DNA of 64,000 nt, taken from assembly GCA_000503835.1 (NCBI GenBank), contig CP006914.1:721680-785679 (forward strand). The letters run 5' to 3'. This document shows positions 57,657-64,000 of this stretch, in pieces. The notes beneath the pieces are model-generated. The model was not told the DNA's origin. It saw nothing but the letters and a program-made list of their open reading frames with translations, and did not search any database. Every line of letters begins with the position of its first letter. The stretch's first letter is position 1. The position numbers were made by a program, and so were the translations under genes. The DNA is from a candidate division WWE3 bacterium RAAC2_WWE3_1 (GTDB lineage: Bacteria; Patescibacteriota; WWE3; UBA101185; UBA10185).

Positions 57657-59495
57657 ATGACATCTAAAGAAATACTACAAAAATATATAAACTTTTATAC
57701 GGAGCGCGGGCACAAGCAAATCCCCAACGTTTCACTTATTCCCGAAGGAGACTCAACATTACTTTTCGTAAACTCAGGCATGTTTCCTTTAGTACCTTAC
57801 CTTTCCGGAGAGCAGCACCCTTTGGGTAAAAGGTTAGTAAATGTACAGCGTTCGTTACGTTTCGAGGACATAGAGGAAGTTGGTACGACGATAAGACACA
57901 CAATAGCTTTTCATATGATAGGGAATTGGTCGCTCGGCGATTATTTTAAAAAAGAACAATTGCCTTGGGCATACGAATTTCTTATCGAAGTATTAGGACT
58001 AGCTCCGGAAAAACTTTTTGCAACCGTTTTTGAAGGGGACGCCAACGCTCCGAGAGACGACGAATCCATAGCAATTCTAAAAGAAGTTTTTAAAAAATAC
58101 GGCATTGAGGCAAAGGAAGGTGAAAGGATCTTTTTATGCGGTAAAAAGGACAATTGGTGGCAGCGCGGTGACGCCGTAGGCGAGCTCGGAGGTCCCGATA
58201 GCGAGGTTTTTTATTACCTCGGCTCAGGAACCGGCGTAGGAAAATCCCCGACCGATAGTCCGGATGAATTTTTAGAAATCGGAAACTCGGTTTTTATGCA
58301 ATATAAGAAGACCGAAAAAGGTTGGGAGCCCCTTTCACAAAAGAACGTAGATTTCGGCGGCGGACTGGAAAGATTAGCCGTGGTTTCTCAAAATAAACAC
58401 GATATTTTCGAAACAGATAATTTCTGGCCTATTGTGGAAAAAATTGAGGAATTATCAGGAAAGTCCTATTCTTCCGACGACAGGACCAAGCGGGCAATGA
58501 GGATTATATCTGACCACATGAGAGCCGCGTGTTTGCTGGGAATGGACGGCGTACAGCCTGAAAACAAAGACCAGGGGTATGTTTTAAGGAGGCTGTTAAG
58601 AAGAATGGTGAGGTCGGGAAAAATTCTGGGAATTGAAAAAGAGCTTACTTCTTCTTTGGTAGACCCCGTTATAACTGCCGTGGGATGGCTTTATCCCCAA
58701 CTATCAGAGAGAAAAGAACAGCTTAAAAAAACCTTTACGGATGAGGAAGAGAAGTTCAGAAAAACCCTAACGAGGGGCTCAGTCATTTTAGAAAAAGCTT
58801 TGCTTAAAATCGGACACGAAGAACTCAAGAAGAAAACACTTAGGGAGTGGGCTCAAATGTCTTTTGATCTGTTCCAGTCCGTGGGTTACCCCGAAGAAAT
58901 TTTCATAGACGATCTTGAGGATAAGGGAATACTTCCGGACCATAAAGATTTTCACAAGGAGTTTTTAGCCGTATTTGACCTTCACCAGCAAAAATCACGT
59001 GCGGGAGCGGAAAATAAGTTTAAGGGCGGTCTGGCAGATCACAGTGAGGCGGTCATCAAATATCATACGACGACTCATCTGTTACAGGCAGCACTCAGGA
59101 AAGTATTGGGCGACCATGTGGGACAGTTGGGCAGCAACCTGACCGCCGAAAGACTGAGGTTCGATTTTTCCCATCATGGGAAAAAGATAAGTGAGCAGGA
59201 GGTTGCCGAGGTTCAGTCCATTGTAAACTCGATAATAAAGGAGGCGCTTCCCGTAGGTTTTATTGTTATGCCTAGAGAAGAAGCTGAAAGATCGGGTGCT
59301 CTCTACATGAAACATGAGACCTACCCTGACGAAGTTAAGGTTTATTATGTCGGAAACGATTTTTCTAATGCTGTTAGCAAAGAATTTTGCGGCGGACCCC
59401 ATGTGGCCAACACGGGTGAATTAGGTGAGTTCGAAATATATAAGCAGGAGAGTATCGGAGAAGGCAAACTTCGTATCTACGCCCATTTGAAATGA
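57657..59495 (+). CDS. alaS: alanine--tRNA ligase (short form lacking the C-terminal Ala domain)
   Basis: Class II catalytic core, then editing-domain HTTTHLLQAAL...CGGPHV motifs. Start at ATG 57657; the upstream in-frame region overlaps the tRNA-Cys repeat. Confidence 0.85.
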   Translation: MTSKEILQKYINFYTERGHKQIPNVSLIPEGDSTLLFVNSGMFPLVPYLSGEQHPLGKRLVNVQRSLRFEDIEEVGTTIRHTIAFHMIGNWSLGDYFKKEQLPWAYEFLIEVLGLAPEKLFATVFEGDANAPRDDESIAILKEVFKKYGIEAKEGERIFLCGKKDNWWQRGDAVGELGGPDSEVFYYLGSGTGVGKSPTDSPDEFLEIGNSVFMQYKKTEKGWEPLSQKNVDFGGGLERLAVVSQNKHDIFETDNFWPIVEKIEELSGKSYSSDDRTKRAMRIISDHMRAACLLGMDGVQPENKDQGYVLRRLLRRMVRSGKILGIEKELTSSLVDPVITAVGWLYPQLSERKEQLKKTFTDEEEKFRKTLTRGSVILEKALLKIGHEELKKKTLREWAQMSFDLFQSVGYPEEIFIDDLEDKGILPDHKDFHKEFLAVFDLHQQKSRAGAENKFKGGLADHSEAVIKYHTTTHLLQAALRKVLGDHVGQLGSNLTAERLRFDFSHHGKKISEQEVAEVQSIVNSIIKEALPVGFIVMPREEAERSGALYMKHETYPDEVKVYYVGNDFSNAVSKEFCGGPHVANTGELGEFEIYKQESIGEGKLRIYAHLK

Positions 59496-59499
59496 ACAG

Positions 59500-59530
59500 T
59501 TGACACTCTCCAACTTTGAGTGCTATAAAT
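59500..59530 (+). promoter_or_regulatory. CIRCE-like inverted repeat (TTGACACTC-N9-GAGTGCTAT) overlapping a TTGACA-18-TATAAA promoter upstream of groES
   Basis: Compare CIRCE consensus TTAGCACTC-N9-GAGTGCTAA. Positioned about 65 nt upstream of the groES start. Confidence 0.5.
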
Positions 59531-59593
59531 TGATACGTTGTAGAATTGCCCTTATAAATTAAAGTAGTAAATTTTATTGCAACGGAGGTTTGT

Positions 59594-59896
59594 ATGGCTT
59601 CAGCAGCTAAAATAAAACCGCTTTTTGATTATTTATTGGTCGAGCCTATGCAAAAGGACACGACACTTCCGTCAGGTATTGTTATTCCTGATACGGCAAA
59701 GGAAAAACCCCTGGAAGGCAAGGTTGTATCTGTAGGTTCGGGTAAAAGAGATGAATCCGGGAACAGGATTCCCATGGAAATTAAAGCCGGAGATGTAGTT
59801 ATGTACAAGAAATGGGGTGGAACCGAAATTAAATTAGATGGAAAAGATATGCTTCTTATTAAAGAGGAAGATATTTTAGCTATAGTTGAGGGTTAA
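59594..59896 (+). CDS. groES: co-chaperonin GroES
   Basis: KPLFDYLLVEP...LPSGIVIPD...GKVVSVGSG canonical Cpn10. 100 aa. Confidence 0.92.
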   Translation: MASAAKIKPLFDYLLVEPMQKDTTLPSGIVIPDTAKEKPLEGKVVSVGSGKRDESGNRIPMEIKAGDVVMYKKWGGTEIKLDGKDMLLIKEEDILAIVEG

Positions 59897-59908
59897 AGGA
59901 GGAATTAT

Positions 59909-61558
59909 ATGGCAGTAAAAAACATAATCTATGGAGACGCCGCGAGAATGAAACTTAAAGCAGGTGTCGATAAGCTAGCGAAGGCCGTGGCGACGACGCT
60001 CGGGCCCAAGGGAGGAAATGTTGCTTTGGATAAGAGTTGGGGAACGCCCGCTGTTGTACACGACGGTGTTACCGTAGCCAAAGAGATTGAGCTTGAAGAC
60101 AAGTTCGAAAACATGGGCGCTCAGATTGTAAAAGAAGCCGCCTCAAAGACAAACGATGTAGCAGGTGACGGAACCACAACAGCAACCGTACTTGCACAGG
60201 CGATAGTTGAAGCCGGACTGAAAAATATCTCAGCCGGAGCCAACGCAATGATGGTAAAAAGGGGTCTGGAAAAGGCCGTTGATGCAGTGGTTGAAGAGAT
60301 TAAGCACATGTCTAAGAAGATTTCCAGCAAGGAAGAAAGAGTGCAGGTAGCAACTATTTCAGCACAAAGCGAGGAAATCGGAAAAATAATAGCCGATGCC
60401 ATGGAAAAAGTCGGAGAGCAGGGTGTCATTACCGTGGACGAATCCAAAGGTTTTGATATTGAGCTCGAATACAAGGAGGGAATGCAATTCGATAAAGGTT
60501 ATTCTTCACCCTATTTTGTTACTAATCCCGATAAAATGGAGTCGATAGTGGAGGAACCCTACATTTTGGTTACAGATTCCAAGATTTCAGGTATGCAGGA
60601 TTTACTGCCAATGCTTGAAAGCTTTGTTAAGGTGTCCAAGAATTTGGTGATAATCGCTGAAGATGTTGAGGGGGAGGCCCTGGCAACTTTGGTAGTAAAC
60701 AAATTAAGAGGCGTTTTAAATGTATTGGCAGTAAAAGCTCCGGGCTTTGGTGATAGAAGAAAGGCTATGATGGAGGATATCGCTATATTGACCGGCGCCA
60801 GCTTTGTGAGCCAGGAAACAGGAAGAAAGCTTGATTCGATAACGATAGATGATCTCGGCAGGGCAGACAGGATAATCGCCGACAAGGACAATACCACAAT
60901 AGTCGGGGGAAAAGGCGACTCAAAAGAACTTCAGGAAAGACTTAAACAGATAAGAACACAGATTGAACAAGGCACATCCGATTACGACAAGGATAAGATG
61001 AAAGAAAGGCTCGCTAAGCTAAGCGGAGGGGTCGCCGTAATAAAAGTCGGAGCAGCCACCGAAGCTGAGTTGAAAGAGCTGAAACTAAGAGTTGAAGATG
61101 CCGTAAATGCCACAAAAGCAGCAGTAGAAGAAGGAATAGTACCCGGCGGCGGCATCACTTTCCTTAACGTCAGAAAAGCCATCGATAAACTTGAGTTGCA
61201 GGGAGATGAAAATACAGGAGCTAAAATTCTCAACGAAAGTCTGGAAAAACCGGCTCGTTTACTGATCAGAAACACCGGTGCTGATGACGGGAAAATTTTA
61301 GCCGAAATCGAAAGAAGGATGGTTGATGAAAAGAATACGAACATAGGTTACAACGTGGTAAAGATGTCTTTTGTCGATATGGTTCTTGACGGGATCATAG
61401 ACCCTGCCAAAGTTGCACGAAGTGCTTTACAGAACGCGGTTTCTGCGGCGACTATGATACTCACTACAGAATGTCTTGTTGCAGAAGCTCCGAAAAAAGA
61501 TGACTCGAAACCCGGTAATCCCGGAATGGGCGGAATGGACATGGACGGAATGATGTAA
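59909..61558 (+). CDS. groEL: chaperonin GroEL
   Basis: [15 protein letters not shown]..., [11 protein letters not shown], and C-terminal GGMDMDGMM repeat. 549 aa. Confidence 0.95.
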   Translation: MAVKNIIYGDAARMKLKAGVDKLAKAVATTLGPKGGNVALDKSWGTPAVVHDGVTVAKEIELEDKFENMGAQIVKEAASKTNDVAGDGTTTATVLAQAIVEAGLKNISAGANAMMVKRGLEKAVDAVVEEIKHMSKKISSKEERVQVATISAQSEEIGKIIADAMEKVGEQGVITVDESKGFDIELEYKEGMQFDKGYSSPYFVTNPDKMESIVEEPYILVTDSKISGMQDLLPMLESFVKVSKNLVIIAEDVEGEALATLVVNKLRGVLNVLAVKAPGFGDRRKAMMEDIAILTGASFVSQETGRKLDSITIDDLGRADRIIADKDNTTIVGGKGDSKELQERLKQIRTQIEQGTSDYDKDKMKERLAKLSGGVAVIKVGAATEAELKELKLRVEDAVNATKAAVEEGIVPGGGITFLNVRKAIDKLELQGDENTGAKILNESLEKPARLLIRNTGADDGKILAEIERRMVDEKNTNIGYNVVKMSFVDMVLDGIIDPAKVARSALQNAVSAATMILTTECLVAEAPKKDDSKPGNPGMGGMDMDGMM

Positions 61559-61577
61559 ACTTTTACTTTTAAAGTAA

Positions 61578-61614
61578 GGTCAGCAAACGGAGGGCGCCGC
61601 ACGGCGCTCTTCTT
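61578..61614 (+). terminator. intrinsic terminator after groEL (possibly bidirectional)
   Basis: GGAGGGCGCCGCACGGCGCTCTTCTTTTTACC. GC-rich hairpin followed by a T-run. Confidence 0.4.
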
Positions 61615-61622
61615 TTTACCGA

Positions 61623-62528
61623 TTATCCGGATACTTTTAATCTTTTTAACGAGGACTTGTAAGCCTCCATAATCCTGGGGGAGTTATCGTTCTTGTTAAA
61701 GTGAATTATGTGGGATTTCAGCACTTCCGTAGTAACTTTCTTTTTCATGTATACCATCTGAGACCGCTTTGCAATTTTTTCCAAGGCATTAAGAAGGATT
61801 CCGCTGTTTTTTCGTTTGACCTTTGCGGGGTAGTTAATTTTAAAATTCGGAAAATACTCTGAAACCCAACTGTTTTCTTTCATAAACTGCAGGTAAGTGT
61901 CGGATTTGTCCACAACGGGTTGCATTATAACTATGTCCGAAGCCACAAAAATATTTCTCCTGTCTTTGTCCCAGGCCATTTTCGTTTCGTCCATAAAGAG
62001 GTTTGTGCAGAAACTACCCGGTTGTCCGTCATACTCAGGATGTTTTTTTAACATTTTTAGAATCAAAGCCACAAAACCGCGCGTCAGCCAAACCCTGTTC
62101 TTACCCGTAATTATTAGTAGATCGATATCGGAATCTTTTTCCGGATTATAGGCAGCCAAAGACCCGGTAACGGCGATCATCTTTATCCAGGGAATTCCTC
62201 CGAGAAATCTGAGCAACCGGGCATTTTCGTTAAAGATTCTTGTGGCGTGTTTGTATTTCCAAAGCCAGTTTGTATATTTTTCACCGCAGATTTCGTATTT
62301 TCCGTATCTTTTCCTCACCCAATTTTCTTTTATTAAATTGTTTATGGACTCTCTAAGTTTTTTTCCTTCAGTAACTTTTGGTGAAATTAAAAAAGTCGAG
62401 ATCTGGAAGAAACTCATCGGGTATAGGAATATTGACCGGTAGGCAAGCGTACGCTTAATTGCTTTTGCCGTTTCCTTTCTGGTACTTTTTTTCATTTTAG
62501 CGGTCCTTGGGGGAGTATTGGTAAGCAT
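61623..62528 (-). CDS. nucleotidyltransferase-domain protein (Pol-beta superfamily)
   Basis: GSLAAYNPEKDSDIDLLII (GS-x9-D-x-D). The true start is probably the internal MKKSTRK near 62495. Confidence 0.45.
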   Translation of the reverse strand: MLTNTPPRTAKMKKSTRKETAKAIKRTLAYRSIFLYPMSFFQISTFLISPKVTEGKKLRESINNLIKENWVRKRYGKYEICGEKYTNWLWKYKHATRIFNENARLLRFLGGIPWIKMIAVTGSLAAYNPEKDSDIDLLIITGKNRVWLTRGFVALILKMLKKHPEYDGQPGSFCTNLFMDETKMAWDKDRRNIFVASDIVIMQPVVDKSDTYLQFMKENSWVSEYFPNFKINYPAKVKRKNSGILLNALEKIAKRSQMVYMKKKVTTEVLKSHIIHFNKNDNSPRIMEAYKSSLKRLKVSG

Positions 62529-62916
62529 CTAAGGCTTTGTTGACCAAAAGGTCGGCGTCCTGATTATTTTCTCTTAGTACGTGGTTAAATTCTATTTCTT
62601 TGAATTTTGATGCCAAATCTTCGGCTGTTTGCCATAATACTTTAAGATCGGCATTCTTAACTTTATATTCCCTTCTCATTTGCTTTACAATCAGCTCGCT
62701 GTCCAGTCGACAGTCGAGTTGCGTAATGTTTCTTTCCAGGGCTGCTTTTAAACCTTCTATCAGAGCTGTGTATTCCGCCTGGTTGTTAGTGGCTTTTCCG
62801 ATGTACGTGCCCATTTCAAAAACTTTTTCTTTTTTTTCGTCTCGTATCACAATACCTATTCCGGAGGGTCCTGGATTGCCACGTGCACCGCCGTCAGTGT
62901 TCATCACATATCTCAT
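62497..62916 (-). CDS. rnhA: ribonuclease H (RNase HI-like)
   Basis: MNTDGGARGNPGPSGIGIVI, ..NNQAEYTALIEGL.., and ..DADLLVNKALD with catalytic D/E/D residues. 139 aa. Confidence 0.75.
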   Translation of the reverse strand: MRYVMNTDGGARGNPGPSGIGIVIRDEKKEKVFEMGTYIGKATNNQAEYTALIEGLKAALERNITQLDCRLDSELIVKQMRREYKVKNADLKVLWQTAEDLASKFKEIEFNHVLRENNQDADLLVNKALDAYQYSPKDR

Positions 62917-63518
62917 TTCAGATACTCCTTTAAAGCTATTTTCAGGAGAGAAATTGTCAGACCGGCTAACAAACCACCCAACACATAGTTTATAAAAGGT
63001 CTTTGTTCCTGCCTTAACACAGGTTCGTCCGAAAGGGAGGTCACGGATATATTTTCGTCCGTTCCTGCGCTGATCTTTTCACCGGTCTCAAGGAATTTTG
63101 ATGAAATTGCCGTAAAGGTATTTAGGGATCTGGCATAGTCATAATCAGTCACGGATAGAGTAATAACCTGAGGCCCGTTCTTCGATACTCTGTAGCTTCT
63201 GGAAAGTTTTCTAATGTTAATGTCCGTTACGGGAAATCCTAATTCGCTCAAGACCCTCCTTTTCAGGTCCTGACTTTCAAGGAGGGCAATTGCTGTATTC
63301 GTGTACGATTGTGCTGTTTGCTGGGCGTAGTAACCTTCGTATGTAAAAAACTCAGTGCTCGGTTTATCGGCCGCCCTGCCTACAAAATAAGAAATTTCGG
63401 CCTTAAATTTACCCGGAAGAAAGGACACAGCCAGACCCAAAAGTCCCCCGCAAATTATAAATAATCCGATTTCGCGCCGTTTTTTGTTCAGTATTTTCAT
63501 TATTTCCTTTAGTTCCAT
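62913..63518 (-). CDS. Wzz-like (chain-length determinant-type) bitopic membrane protein
   Basis: N-terminal and C-terminal TM helices flanking a soluble domain. 201 aa. Family assignment is tentative. Confidence 0.3.
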   Translation of the reverse strand: MELKEIMKILNKKRREIGLFIICGGLLGLAVSFLPGKFKAEISYFVGRAADKPSTEFFTYEGYYAQQTAQSYTNTAIALLESQDLKRRVLSELGFPVTDINIRKLSRSYRVSKNGPQVITLSVTDYDYARSLNTFTAISSKFLETGEKISAGTDENISVTSLSDEPVLRQEQRPFINYVLGGLLAGLTISLLKIALKEYLK

Positions 63519-63527
63519 AGGTGCCTT

Positions 63528-63602
63528 CTGAATTAGAGATCCAAATTCATGCCTGAATTAGAGACCCAAATTCATGCCTGAATTAGAGACCCAAATTCAT
63601 GC
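63528..63602 (+). repeat. three exact 25-nt tandem repeats (CTGAATTAGAGAYCCAAATTCATGC) followed by about 3 degenerate copies to about 63700
   Basis: Units at 63528, 63553 and 63578. Each unit contains the inverted motif TGAATT..AATTCA. Lies between divergent genes. Confidence 0.6.
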
Positions 63603-63731
63603 CTGAATTATAGCAATAAATTCACTACATGAATTGTAGCAACAAATCGCCGATTTAGAGTAACAAATCATTGTGTCAGCAGTCCGCTTTTGGTTATACT
63701 TATAACCAGAATTTGTTAAGAAACTGCCCTA

Positions 63732-64000
63732 ATGGTCAAAAATCAGTCCATTAAAAAAAATTCGCTCGCCCCGACGATCTTAGTCAGCGGCGGCGCAGGA
63801 TTTATAGGATCTCATCTTGTTGAGGCACTGCTTGCTAACGGAGCTAAGGTTCTGGTGGCAGACAATTTTAACACCGGAAAAGAAATCCACGTCAAACACC
63901 TCCTTTCAAACCCCAACTTTGCTCTTTTTAACGTTGACATTAATGAAGGTCTTCCGCCTGAAATCGAGAGTGTCGACTATGTTTTCCATATGGCCGGACT
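63732..64000 (+). CDS. NAD-dependent epimerase/dehydratase (UDP-sugar 4,6-dehydratase/decarboxylase-like), 3' partial
   Basis: ILVSGGAGFIGSHLVEAL Rossmann motif. Runs off the window end. Confidence 0.7.
   Translation, partial: MVKNQSIKKNSLAPTILVSGGAGFIGSHLVEALLANGAKVLVADNFNTGKEIHVKHLLSNPNFALFNVDINEGLPPEIESVDYVFHMAG

Noticed and set aside
59929-61602. Several 60-120-aa minus-strand ORFs (Ala/Ser/Thr-rich) inside groEL, and similar ones opposite the Thr/Pro-rich gene at 6923..7356
   Set aside because: They are antisense to high-confidence genes, low-complexity, and lack RBS. These are shadow ORFs.
63528-63700. Possible CRISPR array
   Set aside because: There are only about 3 exact 25-nt units and the units are directly adjacent with no unique spacers. 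No cas genes are nearby.

Overview
This 64-kb window reads as a low-GC, gene-dense chromosome segment of a small-genome bacterium. The streamlined housekeeping genes and the many GT-C/TPR envelope glycosyltransferase-like membrane proteins suggest a CPR/Patescibacteria-like organism; that is my inference, not something the sequence proves.

The core housekeeping content is: dnaG-rpoD; a suf Fe-S assembly cluster (ArsR-type regulator, sufCBDSU, ferredoxin, hpf); trpS, ftsH, tatD, alaS, groES-groEL (with a CIRCE-like operator), rnhA; tRNAs Ser(GGA), Ile(UAU), fMet, Met/Ile2(CAU), Cys(GCA); and many envelope/glycosylation membrane proteins.

The accessory part runs from about 20.4 to 35.8 kb. It holds small hypothetical genes with duplicated promoter and terminator modules, and a GC-rich patch. 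Within it is a roughly 10-kb defence island bounded by two paralogous gene fragments. The island ends at an intron-containing tRNA-Asn(GUU) whose intron encodes an HNH endonuclease.

The island carries two candidate systems:
- A two-gene operon of a Ymh/TIGR02391-type HEPN protein plus a 959-aa degenerate-PHP phosphoesterase fused to a Rad50/SbcC-like coiled-coil ABC ATPase. This is a candidate novel defence system.
- A Type IIS restriction-modification operon: a LexA (autocleaving S24 repressor) domain fused to a Dam-like MTase, an AlwI/N.BstNBI-family endonuclease, and a beta-class MTase.
- A promoter-plus-terminator bounded small RNA candidate, a SpoVG-like gene and an HTH gene.

Other oddities:
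- tRNA-Ser and tRNA-Cys are each followed about 210 bp downstream by an exact copy of their 3' end.
- A partial tRNA-Ile 5' duplicate sits beside a Xer-type recombinase.
- A stand-alone Cas4-like nuclease is present.
- A 25-nt tandem repeat array lies in a divergent promoter region.

No CRISPR array and no rRNA were found.
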